64,000 bases of DNA from Sedimentisphaerales bacterium (GTDB lineage Bacteria > Planctomycetota > Phycisphaerae > Sedimentisphaerales > Anaerobacaceae). The stretch spans positions 96,001 to 160,000 of the forward strand of contig JAXGYC010000011.1 in the NCBI GenBank assembly GCA_040772485.1, given 5' to 3'. The notes below the pieces were generated by a model. That model was not told the DNA's origin and did not search any database. It saw only the letters and a list, made by a program, of their open reading frames with translations. A program made the translations under genes and the position numbers. This document shows, in pieces, positions 29,827-38,973 of the stretch; position 1 is the first letter of the stretch, and each line of letters starts with the position of its first letter.

Positions 29827-30592
29827 GACCGCCGCCTGGATCGCCTATGCCGATCAGAACGACGGCAAACTCGTTAATGGTTGCGCCTTCAGTTGGAGAT
29901 TACGGCACAAGGAAACCCCCTGGTCGAACCGCCGCGAAGCGAAAGGATGGTTGGGCCGAGCCTTCCAGGCGGCAGACCGTGAGAGCCTTTTGGCGGATCC
30001 CAACAAGGGCGCGCTCTGGCCCTACCTTCAGGACATCGACGTCTATCGCTGTGCGAGCGGCCTGCCCGGACACCTGGCAACCTATCAGGTGGTCGCCGGC
30101 GCCAATGGCGCCAATCTGGAAGGGACCGCCACAAACCTCTCCCCGGAGGCAACAGCCATCGGCGAGCGCGTCGGCCGGACCGTCCTGCACTTGACGCGGA
30201 TCACGGATATCGTCAGTCCCGGCCCAGCCGAACGCGCCGTCTTCATCGACGCAGGCCAGGTCGGCGACTCTTTCAGCTTCGCAGTCCATTACCTTTACCC
30301 GAAGTGGCGGGCGGTCGATCCTCCCCCGATCCACCACGGTGGCGGCGCCACCCTCTCGATGGCGGATGGCCACGCCGAATACTGGAAATGGAGAGGCGAT
30401 GAGACTGTGGCCCTGCCGCGTAAGGAATTCCCCTTGCGCGACGGTCTCTCCGCGGAGGTGCTCGACAACTCGGACGGTGACGGCTTCTATACGCCTCGGA
30501 CCGAGAACGGCCGCTACGACTTGCAGAGGGCCCAAAGAGCCATCTGGGGCCGCCTCGGGTATACGCCCCCGCTGAAGCGGCGCGCTCCGTAG
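29648..30592 (+). CDS. Prepilin-type N-terminal methylation / H-X9-DG protein, copy 3
   Basis: [31 protein letters not shown]. Confidence 0.9.
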   Translation: MATERTEDNRKDSAGSAFTLVELLVVIAVIALLMALLVPVLGRAREQARRALCLSNLRQLTAAWIAYADQNDGKLVNGCAFSWRLRHKETPWSNRREAKGWLGRAFQAADRESLLADPNKGALWPYLQDIDVYRCASGLPGHLATYQVVAGANGANLEGTATNLSPEATAIGERVGRTVLHLTRITDIVSPGPAERAVFIDAGQVGDSFSFAVHYLYPKWRAVDPPPIHHGGGATLSMADGHAEYWKWRGDETVALPRKEFPLRDGLSAEVLDNSDGDGFYTPRTENGRYDLQRAQRAIWGRLGYTPPLKRRAP

Positions 30593-30683
30593 CGCAGAGC
30601 CCTCCCGACCGCAGTCTCGCACCAAGTGACGACGCTCTTCGACACCGGCCAGGACACCCGCAGGGTCCCCGCCGCTTCGATCG

Positions 30684-32354
30684 CTACCGCTTCGTCACCA
30701 GATCGCCGAAGGGAGCGAGCAGATCGTACTTGTCTTGCCAGGTGGTGTACATGATGCCGATGGCGTTGGGGGTCCGATCCAGCGCATCGAGCCAGCCTTG
30801 GGGGTTCTCCAGCGTGTCGCCGTCGTAGTAGGCGCCCGCCAGCGTGCGAAAGCCCAGCGACGAAAAGAACGGCAGACTCTCGTTACGCTTCTCGTAGTGC
30901 CAGCAGACGATGATCAGGTCCTTGGGGACAAGTTTCCACGAGCCGGAAAAATCGCCTTCGACGAGATAATAGTCGCCGTGCGCGTTGTGATGCGGATCGA
31001 GCATGTCCGACCAGATGAGCACCTCGGCCTTCGGATTGACGCTCCTGATAATGGCCACCTGTCTGGTGATGCAATCGCCCAGGATCCGGGCCATGCTCAG
31101 ACCTCGATCTCTGCACGCCCGGCAGCTTCCGCCGGCCCGAATCTCGTCCATGCTGAGCAGGTACTTGGAAGGGCCCAGGTGCCGATGGATCAGCTCGGCC
31201 TGCTTGCCCCAGATTTCGTACGGCTTCGGCTCCGACATACAGATCGTGACCTGGCCGTCGTAGATCGCGATCCCGTGGTAGTAGCTGACGCTCAGCCACT
31301 GCCCATCCTTGATCCGGCCGCCGGGGAGAATCTCGATGCTCGGCGACTCATGATCGAACCGGAAGTTCAGTCGGTCGTCCTTGATCGGCGCAAAGTCTTT
31401 GCCTTCTTCGTAGACCTGGCCGCTCTTCGCATCACAGACGGTGACCGGCGTGCCGGGCCGCCTCAGAACGTTGAGAAGCCCGACCTCCTCCAGTTCCAAA
31501 TCGTCGATCCAGACTCGTCCCGCCTTGCCCTCCCAGACGCCGGCGTAGATGTTCACCTTGTCGCGATCAAGGCTATTGAACCCCATCACAATCCGACGCC
31601 ACTGGCCGGAGGGTACGGCGCCTGGAAGATAAAAAGCAAGATCGCGACCGTCCTCGCCGAGGACCAGCACGCGGAAGTAATCGGCCGGTTGGAAGCCCTC
31701 CGTCTTCACCCAGCAACTTACGCGATAACAGCGTCCCGGCTGGACCGCGACCTGCTGCATGACGCGACCGTGCCCGTGCTCGTATCGCTCGAAGCCTTCG
31801 AACCGCAGGGACGCCTTGCCGCCATGAAAGACGGTCGTATCCACGAACGAGACGTCGCCGGGCTTGTCGTGGAACCCATATCCCTTGAAGCGGTCCCCAT
31901 CGTACTCCTCGAACCCGCCGTTGGCGATTCGCACCGCCCGGTCGGATTCGAGAAGCGCCTCGCCATCCTTCACAACAAACGGAGCATCGATGACTGGAAT
32001 CCCCGCGGCGAGGTTGGGGTCGTATGCCAGAACCGAGCCACCATAGCCGACGCTGAAGATGCTGGGGACGATTTCGACGCCATGTTGTCTGCAGATGTCT
32101 CTGACGCTCGCAAGCCGGTCGAGGTTTTCGGCAGGCTGCCTGTCGAGCCAATCCAGACCTGCCGACAAAACCATGCCGTTCAGACCATGGGCCGATGCCG
32201 TCTTCACGATCCGCTCGACATCAGCTACATCCTGATCCGTTCGCAGCAATCGTGACACGAAGACCCAGCGGTGCGGATACGTCTTCGCCAGGCACAGCGG
32301 ACTGGACGCGCAGACCAGAAGGAGCAAGAGCAATTGTCGTTTCATCGCGATCAT
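30684..32354 (-). CDS. Secreted protein with a CBM4/9-like domain inserted in a GH20-like TIM-barrel
   Basis: Signal peptide, NGGFEE..FHGGKASLR..YRVSCWVKT..VWIDD; LSMDEIR, IWSDML and MYTTW; GAGGAG RBS before ATG 32354. Confidence 0.55.
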   Translation of the reverse strand: MIAMKRQLLLLLLVCASSPLCLAKTYPHRWVFVSRLLRTDQDVADVERIVKTASAHGLNGMVLSAGLDWLDRQPAENLDRLASVRDICRQHGVEIVPSIFSVGYGGSVLAYDPNLAAGIPVIDAPFVVKDGEALLESDRAVRIANGGFEEYDGDRFKGYGFHDKPGDVSFVDTTVFHGGKASLRFEGFERYEHGHGRVMQQVAVQPGRCYRVSCWVKTEGFQPADYFRVLVLGEDGRDLAFYLPGAVPSGQWRRIVMGFNSLDRDKVNIYAGVWEGKAGRVWIDDLELEEVGLLNVLRRPGTPVTVCDAKSGQVYEEGKDFAPIKDDRLNFRFDHESPSIEILPGGRIKDGQWLSVSYYHGIAIYDGQVTICMSEPKPYEIWGKQAELIHRHLGPSKYLLSMDEIRAGGSCRACRDRGLSMARILGDCITRQVAIIRSVNPKAEVLIWSDMLDPHHNAHGDYYLVEGDFSGSWKLVPKDLIIVCWHYEKRNESLPFFSSLGFRTLAGAYYDGDTLENPQGWLDALDRTPNAIGIMYTTWQDKYDLLAPFGDLVTKR

Positions 32355-32576
32355 GGGCGGACTCCTCAAGAGAGTGTCTTCTCGCAGACCATGATACCAC
32401 GGACACCCCGAGACGCCAGGACCTCTCCGCCGCCCGCAATGTGGGTTTTCGGCTTGACTGGGGGGCGAGTATGCCGGACACTGAGGTCGTCAAAGGCGGC
32501 TCCGGCCGGCCGGATTCGCGAAGAAATCCAATGCTCAGATCGATGCAGCTACGAAGATGGAGGCCTCGCCATATCC

Positions 32577-33896
32577 ATGAATCGACGCGCCTTCCTGAAG
32601 AGTTCACTGGTCACCGGGCTGACCGTCAGCTTTCCCCACGTGGTGGCCGCTCAACAAGGCAGAACGTATCGCACGGCTCTGATCGGGTGCGGCTGGTGGG
32701 GCACGAACATCCTGCGTGAAGCGGCCGCTTCCGGACGCTGCAAGATCGTTGCCCTTGTTGACGTCGACCGCCGCCAGCTCGCCAAATGCACCGAAGAGGT
32801 CGTCAAATGGACCAGCGATACGCCGAAGCACTATGAGGACTATCGCGAGATGCTGGCTGCCGAGAAGCCCGATATCGCCATCGTCGCGACGCCGGACCAT
32901 TGGCACGCCCTGCCGACGATCGCCGCTGTCGCGGCCGGGGCCCACGTCTACGTCGAAAAGCCCATCGGCCACACGGTCATGGAGGGCCGCGCGATGGTCA
33001 AGGCCGCCCGCGCCGCCGGCCGCGTCGTGCAGGTGGGCACGCACCGACGCATCTCGCCACACAACGTCTCGGGCAGACAGTTCCTCCGCGAGGGCCGCGC
33101 CGGCCAGATCGGGATGGTCAAGTGCTTCGTGCTCTACGGCGGGGGCGGGCCGGAGCAGCCCCGCAAGAACATCGAGCCGCCGAAGGAGTTGAACTGGGAC
33201 CTGTGGTGCGGCCCCGCCCCGCTGCGGCCGTTCAACGGCGGCGCGCATCCGCGCGGGTTCCGCAGCTACCTCGACTACGCCAACGGGACGCTCGGCGACT
33301 GGGGCGTCCACTGGCTGGACCAGGTCCTGTGGATCATGGAACAGAAGTGGCCACAGACCATCCACTCCACGGGCGGCCGGCCGATCAAGGGCGCGCCCAT
33401 CCTGACGGCGGAACACCAGACAACCGATGCGCCCGACCATCAGGTGGCGACGTATCAGTTCGAGGACTTCACGCTGACGTGGGAGCACCGCCAGTTCGCC
33501 GGCAACCCGACGGACAAGACGGAGAGTGTCGGCTGCTACTTCTACGGCACCAAAGGGACGTTCCACATGGGCTGGCAGAGAGGCTGGACGTTCTATCCGA
33601 GCGGCCGCGGCGAGCAGGAGGTCCATGAGGAGCCGCAACTGAACCTGCCCGACCAGCAGAACATCAAGGGACTGTGGACCGATTTCCTCAGCGCGATCGA
33701 GACGGGTAGCCGCCCGGTGTGCGACATCGAGGCGATCCACTACTCGACGAACCTGAGCCTGCTGGGGATGCTGTCGTACAAGCTCGGACGCAGCGTCACC
33801 TGGGACGGGGAAAAGGAAATCTGCGTCGGCGACCCCGACGCCAACAGACTGCTCCGCCGCGATTACCGAGCCCCCTGGGTCTATCCAAAGGCTTGA
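32577..33896 (+). CDS. Tat-exported Gfo/Idh/MocA oxidoreductase
   Basis: MNRRAFLK, IGCGWWG, ATPDHWH, YVEKP, WDLWCGPAP and DWGVHWLD. Confidence 0.9.
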   Translation: MNRRAFLKSSLVTGLTVSFPHVVAAQQGRTYRTALIGCGWWGTNILREAAASGRCKIVALVDVDRRQLAKCTEEVVKWTSDTPKHYEDYREMLAAEKPDIAIVATPDHWHALPTIAAVAAGAHVYVEKPIGHTVMEGRAMVKAARAAGRVVQVGTHRRISPHNVSGRQFLREGRAGQIGMVKCFVLYGGGGPEQPRKNIEPPKELNWDLWCGPAPLRPFNGGAHPRGFRSYLDYANGTLGDWGVHWLDQVLWIMEQKWPQTIHSTGGRPIKGAPILTAEHQTTDAPDHQVATYQFEDFTLTWEHRQFAGNPTDKTESVGCYFYGTKGTFHMGWQRGWTFYPSGRGEQEVHEEPQLNLPDQQNIKGLWTDFLSAIETGSRPVCDIEAIHYSTNLSLLGMLSYKLGRSVTWDGEKEICVGDPDANRLLRRDYRAPWVYPKA

Positions 33897-34002
33897 ACGT
33901 CGCTGGATTCCGCATCCGTCACGCAGGAACGCGACGGCAATCCGTGTGGGTGTGCGCGCGCGGAGCGGAAGGTGGACAAGAACCGGCGGCAGACTGGCGG
34001 GA

Positions 34003-34752
34003 CTACCAGCCCTTCTTGGCGAAGAGAACGGGGATCGTCTGGAGGAGGATGTAGATGTTCAGCAGGAGGGAGCGGTTCTGGATGTAGATGTAGTCGTACT
34101 TGACCTTGTGGGCGGGTTTGAGGTCGTAGAAGCTGCGAACCTGGGCGAGGCCCGTCAGGCCGGGCTTGACGACGAGACGCACACCCTGCAAGGCCCTGTG
34201 CCTCTGGACGAAGAAGGGCCGCTCCGGCCTGGGTCCGACGAGACTCATGTCGCCCCGCAGGATGTTGTACAGTTGGGGCAGTTCGTCCATCCGCGTCCGC
34301 CGCAGGATGCGGCCGACCGCCGTCACACGGTGGTCGTCTTTGGACGCCAGGACCGGGCCGAGGTGCTTTTCCGCGCCGTCGATCATCGTCCGGAACTTGT
34401 ACAGATTGAAGAGCCTGCCGCCCTTGCCCACCCGCTCCTGGCTGTAGAGGACCGGGCCGCGTGAGGTCAGCTTGATCGCCAGGGCCGCGACGAGCATCAG
34501 CGGCAGAGCGCACAGGAGAATGCACAGAGAACCGGCAAGATCCAGCAGCCGGATCAGCAATTCCACGCTCTTGGCCGGCTGGGCGATGGAATAAGTCGAC
34601 GGGTCAAAAGACGGGGCTTCTTCGTGTCGATAGGCCACGCGCGTATGGGGGCGCAGTTCGATCACACCGACCTGGGCCGGCTCGCGGTCAACCCGCATCC
34701 CTCCGCCCACCTCGTGGAGATTCACCTCGCGAAGATGCAATCCTTGCTCCAT
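34003..34752 (-). CDS. Priming sugar transferase (polyprenyl phosphoglycosyltransferase)
   Basis: RLLDL, YKFRTM, DELPQLYNILRGDMSLVGPRPE and KPGLTGLAQV. Confidence 0.9.
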   Translation of the reverse strand: MEQGLHLREVNLHEVGGGMRVDREPAQVGVIELRPHTRVAYRHEEAPSFDPSTYSIAQPAKSVELLIRLLDLAGSLCILLCALPLMLVAALAIKLTSRGPVLYSQERVGKGGRLFNLYKFRTMIDGAEKHLGPVLASKDDHRVTAVGRILRRTRMDELPQLYNILRGDMSLVGPRPERPFFVQRHRALQGVRLVVKPGLTGLAQVRSFYDLKPAHKVKYDYIYIQNRSLLLNIYILLQTIPVLFAKKGW

Positions 34753-35030
34753 GGTTTCCCCAAGCTGGCCGCCACGAAAGCCAAGCGGTCCCCTTTGCGT
34801 CCTTTCGCAGCCCACGCTCGTTCGGAGGCTGCCCGTCGGCTGCCAGCACGACCGTACGGACCCCATATCGGTCAGAAAGTCCAAGAATTCTACGGATTAC
34901 ATCGGCCGGAACAAGACAAAAGCATTAGTCCAATATCCCGCGAAATCGACCAGCACTGTCAACGCCAAGGGATCAAAATACAGCCCTTCGGCACATATGA
35001 AGGAACGACAAAGGGAACCGCCCCCAAACA

Positions 35031-35065
35031 AGAAAACCGGCGGCTCCGAACGGACCCGCCGGTTT
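35031..35065 (-). terminator. Intrinsic terminator downstream of the PEP-CTERM gene
   Basis: On the minus strand, AAACCGGCGG..CCGCCGGTTTTCT stem with a U-rich tail. Confidence 0.65.
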
Positions 35066-35134
35066 ATATATCTTCTCTATTCTCCGGCCGAGGCCGGTAT
35101 TCAACCGCGTCTGGGCTGCGCCTTCAAGCCCGGA

Positions 35135-35752
35135 TTACAGGGCCCTGCGCCGTCGCAGCCAGCCAACCAGACCCGCCCCGAGGCTGCCCAGCAGCACCGC
35201 ACCCGGAGCCGGAATCGCCGGCGTCGCCTCTCGCGTCGTCAGATTGTCCATCGCGAAATGGTAATCGGTCTTATCGAAGGCCCCAGCCTCACCACCGGAC
35301 GATGCGAACGTGACGCGATCTACGGTCCAGTTGAACTCCTTCCACACAGGCCCATCGGTGTTCACGTTGAATTCCGTGCTGCCCACCGACTCGCCACCGA
35401 GAAAGCCTTCAACCTCGATCAGCAGACCGTCGCGCCAAGCAGCCGTAAAGTACGCCCCCACCAGATCGAACGCCTCGGTAGCGGAGAACTCAGCCGGGTT
35501 CCCGTAGACGTTGAGGGCAGTGTAGTTGGGGGAAACCGTACCGTTGTAGTATCCGGACGACCCTGCACCGCCATAACGGTCGTACTTCATCAGGCCGAAG
35601 TTGTCCCAGGCAAAGCCCGCGTAACCATCCGGAATGTCTGACAGTTTGATTTCGGTCGTGAGATCGTCGAATGTCGTCACGCCCGCCAGACTTGTTCCTG
35701 CCAGCGTCAAACATACTGCCAGTACTGCCAATGCTTTCTTCATCTCGACCAC
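35135..35752 (-). CDS. PEP-CTERM-type sorted surface protein (IPAPGA variant)
   Basis: Signal peptide MKKALAVLAV (ATG 35743); C-terminus IPAPGAVLLGSLGAGLVGWLRRRRAL. Confidence 0.9.
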   Translation of the reverse strand: MVEMKKALAVLAVCLTLAGTSLAGVTTFDDLTTEIKLSDIPDGYAGFAWDNFGLMKYDRYGGAGSSGYYNGTVSPNYTALNVYGNPAEFSATEAFDLVGAYFTAAWRDGLLIEVEGFLGGESVGSTEFNVNTDGPVWKEFNWTVDRVTFASSGGEAGAFDKTDYHFAMDNLTTREATPAIPAPGAVLLGSLGAGLVGWLRRRRAL

Positions 35753-35899
35753 CCTCTCTGGGAACTCATCCCACTCCAGAACCTGCCGTTTGTGTTCTCC
35801 TCCTCACGCATCCCCCCTCCCATCCTTGGATACAACTGCCAAGCCAACCAGGCAATGAACTCACTTGGAGTCGTTCCCGACGACCCAGCATTGATACGT

Positions 35900-35928
35900 A
35901 GTATACGCGTTTACGGGCGCAGAGTCAA
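35900..35928 (-). promoter_or_regulatory. sigma70 promoter of the PEP-CTERM gene
   Basis: Minus strand TTGACT-17 nt-TATACT. Confidence 0.7.
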
Positions 35929-36148
35929 GACTTTCTGCTGTCAGACAGGCAGACCCCCCCCCTCCATAGGCAGTTCAATCTCTATAAACTTATAATAGAC
36001 AAGAACTTAGACAGATATGGCCTCCTGGTCGTTTTTTCGAGAAATAGGGCATCTAAACAGAATAAGTCGTCTGGTTTATGCTATGCACACACGATGGGGG
36101 CACATGGGACATTCAGGCAAGAAGAAGCCCCTATGCAGTATGGGATGG

Positions 36149-36907
36149 TTAAATAGGCATAGATCGTCTGGTGAATTGCCCCAACTTCGCCAGTGGTTTG
36201 CGCAAAAAGAAGCCGGGGGAGGGTCGAAGCCCATTGGCCGCAAAGGCATGAAGAATCTCGCGATTGCCGCGCAGCATACCTCGAATCGTATTGGCCCGCC
36301 CACCGACCCGCATCCGCACCAGCGGCCTCTGGATGTACCCAACACGAATCCGGTTCTTCTCGATCAACCGCAGCATCAGCTCGAAATCACCAGCAATTCG
36401 GTAAAGCGGATTGAAGTAGCCATGCTGTTCGAAGAGCTTCCTTCGGCAGAAGAACGTGGGATGGGGCGGCACCCATCCAAGACGGAAGGACCCCGGCAGA
36501 TACTCCCCCGCCTTCCAGTAGCGGGTCACCCTGGCAGGATCATCCCGCCGTACGTAGACCAAGTCACCGTAGACGGCGTCGAGCTCCGTGGTCTCCATCG
36601 TGGCCGCCACATCATAGAGGACACGGGTATCGGCGTAAATGTCATCGGCGTTCAGGAAGCCAATGATGTCACCAGTGGCAAGACGAGCACCCTTGTTCAT
36701 GGCGTCGTAGATGCCCTCATCCGGCTCGGAGACAAACTCTGCGATGCAACCGTTGTACTTGCTGACGATATCTACGGTCCCATCCGTTGAGCCGCCATCG
36801 ATAACGATGTGCTCAGCATCTGCATAATCCTGAAGGAGGACGCTCTGGAGCGTATCGACAATGGTGTCGACACTGTTGTAGCAGACAGTAGCGATGGAAA
36901 CCTTCAT
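36149..36907 (-). CDS. GT2 glycosyltransferase (WcaE-like)
   Basis: KVSIATVCYN, IDGGSTDGT, SEPDEGIYDAMNKG, FLNADD and PPHPTFF. Confidence 0.9.
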   Translation of the reverse strand: MKVSIATVCYNSVDTIVDTLQSVLLQDYADAEHIVIDGGSTDGTVDIVSKYNGCIAEFVSEPDEGIYDAMNKGARLATGDIIGFLNADDIYADTRVLYDVAATMETTELDAVYGDLVYVRRDDPARVTRYWKAGEYLPGSFRLGWVPPHPTFFCRRKLFEQHGYFNPLYRIAGDFELMLRLIEKNRIRVGYIQRPLVRMRVGGRANTIRGMLRGNREILHAFAANGLRPSPGFFLRKPLAKLGQFTRRSMPI

Positions 36908-36940
36908 CAGCTAATTCTCTCAGGGGTGCATGCGGGAGGA

Positions 36941-37699
36941 CTATCGAGCGGCTGAAGGAGAGATCTTGCACTCTGCAAAAACGCTCGGACATCGCGTTGG
37001 CCAAGATGCCGCAAGGAGTTTGTCGCAAACCCAGAAGAATGGCAGAGTCCAGAAGAGAAGACGAGGTATCGGCACAAAGTGATTTCCACGAAACTTCACG
37101 ATTTCCAGATTGGCACGATGACACATCTCGGCGACTGTCTTGGGCGCGTACCACCGCGAGGTCACGTCACGAGACAAGCTCCTGCCTCTGGCATTGACGA
37201 GAACGCCGAAAGGAAAGAGAACACTCGTGAGGCACGGAAACGTGAACACGAGGCTACCGTTTGCGTACATTCGGGACGCGATTGCCTGGATGGCTCCAGC
37301 GGGGTTCGAGAGACGTCCGAACACATTGACCATGATGATGTAGTCGAAAGGTTGCAGGTCCATGTCTATATCCGATACGGACATGATCCGGAACGACGGT
37401 GTCCGAGAGGCTTCCTGTCCGACGAAGCGAGATTTGGCCACCTCCAACATCTTGGCGCTGATATCCGTGGCAGTGACCTTTGCGCCGAACTGCACGAGTG
37501 TTTCTGTTATGCGCCCGGTGCCACATCCTATTTCCAGGACCCTTTTTTCTCGCCAATCGCCGCAGATCTCCGCGAGAATCTCGACTTGCCTGCAATGACC
37601 CCATCGACCAGCAATGCCGCTGAAACGCACGCGATCGTACCGGTCCGCGCTCCTGGCATACAGCAGATAGTCTGCTTCGTTAGACTGCTCTGGATGCAT
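36941..37699 (-). CDS. Class I SAM-dependent methyltransferase
   Basis: VLEIGCGTG and TDISAKML. Confidence 0.85.
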   Translation of the reverse strand: MHPEQSNEADYLLYARSADRYDRVRFSGIAGRWGHCRQVEILAEICGDWREKRVLEIGCGTGRITETLVQFGAKVTATDISAKMLEVAKSRFVGQEASRTPSFRIMSVSDIDMDLQPFDYIIMVNVFGRLSNPAGAIQAIASRMYANGSLVFTFPCLTSVLFPFGVLVNARGRSLSRDVTSRWYAPKTVAEMCHRANLEIVKFRGNHFVPIPRLLFWTLPFFWVCDKLLAASWPTRCPSVFAECKISPSAAR

Positions 37700-38912
37700 G
37701 GCAACTAGTCTTCTTTCGCAGCAGTTCCTCGTACAGTAGCATCAAGCGGTGCGCGGAGGTCCGGACGGAAAACTCCTGCGCCCTTTGGACCGCAGCTGCT
37801 TGCAGGCTTCGTCGCATAAAGGAATCACGCATCACAACTTCAATCGCCGAAGCGATACTCTCCGCGGAGAAGTCTTTCGTGAGGAAGCCTGCCTTACCGC
37901 CCGCAAGTAACTCAGGACAACCACCTACAGGCGTGGAGATAATGCACTTGCCCATGGCCATCGCTTCGAGAACAACCATCGGATAATCTGAAGGTCCCCG
38001 GCTCGTCCTCCACGGAATCAGAAGGACATCGGCTTCAGCATACAAGTCCTCAATGGCATCGACCAAGCCAATGAATCGGACACAGTCCTCCAGGCCACAG
38101 CGGTGGACAAAGTCCTTCGCGCGATCGTAGCCAATGGTGTATTCCTTGATCTGGCTCTGGTTCTCAATGGCCGCCACCACGAAGAACGATAGCCTTCTGT
38201 CGGCCAGAATTTTGAGTGCAAGCAACAATTCGGCCAGCCTCTTCTCCTGTGATGCATTGCCCACAAACAGAATGCGGGCCTGGCCATCATTGTGCGGGAA
38301 GTACTTCAACTGTTGCGGTCGGCCTCTCGGGCGAAATCGCCGTGTGTCCACGCACATGGGGAACAATTCGACCTTTTCAGACGGCACACCGGCCACCTGC
38401 AAAGATCGTTGCACATTCTGCGTCACGGCGACAACTCGATCCAGTCGCTGGAATACCAGCCGAGCGGCCGACATCGCCTCCCACCAGCGGCTATACACTC
38501 CGCCGTTGGCCCCAAGCGGACAATAGAGCGAATGCATGCGAATGGAGGTCTGGCGATCCGCGACCAACGGTGCAAGCGCATAGGGATACGTTCCCGAGTG
38601 ACAATGCACGATGTCGAAGTGAGACTCTCGCAGACGTTCCCTGAGACCCCGACGTAACGTGCGCACGGTGCCGAACCCTTTGCCCAGGAGCCCCCCGCCG
38701 CAGGTCGGCAGCGGCTTGAGAATCTCGGACAGGGGGCTGCCCGCCAGATGCGCCAATCCACCGTCAGAAACGGATGCGAGGACCTCGATACCGACGCCCC
38801 GTCGCTTCAGTTCAAGGGCCAGAGACACACAGTTCGCCGCAGCGCCTCCGATGACACTACCCCCCGATGTGGGCAGAATATGCGGCAGAAGATAGCAGAC
38901 GTGCAAAGCCAT
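37680..38912 (-). CDS. GT4 glycosyltransferase
   Basis: FDIVHCH, ILFVG and PMVVLEAMAMGKCIISTPVGG. Confidence 0.85.
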   Translation of the reverse strand: MALHVCYLLPHILPTSGGSVIGGAAANCVSLALELKRRGVGIEVLASVSDGGLAHLAGSPLSEILKPLPTCGGGLLGKGFGTVRTLRRGLRERLRESHFDIVHCHSGTYPYALAPLVADRQTSIRMHSLYCPLGANGGVYSRWWEAMSAARLVFQRLDRVVAVTQNVQRSLQVAGVPSEKVELFPMCVDTRRFRPRGRPQQLKYFPHNDGQARILFVGNASQEKRLAELLLALKILADRRLSFFVVAAIENQSQIKEYTIGYDRAKDFVHRCGLEDCVRFIGLVDAIEDLYAEADVLLIPWRTSRGPSDYPMVVLEAMAMGKCIISTPVGGCPELLAGGKAGFLTKDFSAESIASAIEVVMRDSFMRRSLQAAAVQRAQEFSVRTSAHRLMLLYEELLRKKTSCHASRAV

Positions 38913-38973
38913 TAAGGGGCGTCTTGAACAGAATTGCAGAACCGACGTCGCCCTGCAGTAACAGTGCACTTTC

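Noticed and set aside
27684..30592. Repeats considered as a CRISPR array or diversity-generating retroelement TR/VR
   Set aside because: The repeats are coding gene junctions ~1 kb apart, the differences are not adenine-specific, and no cas or reverse transcriptase gene is in the window
35980..36012. AT-rich imperfect inverted repeat TAAACTTATAATAGACAAGAACTTA considered as a dif/Xer-like site
   Set aside because: Symmetry is too degenerate to support a call without a genome-wide motif scan
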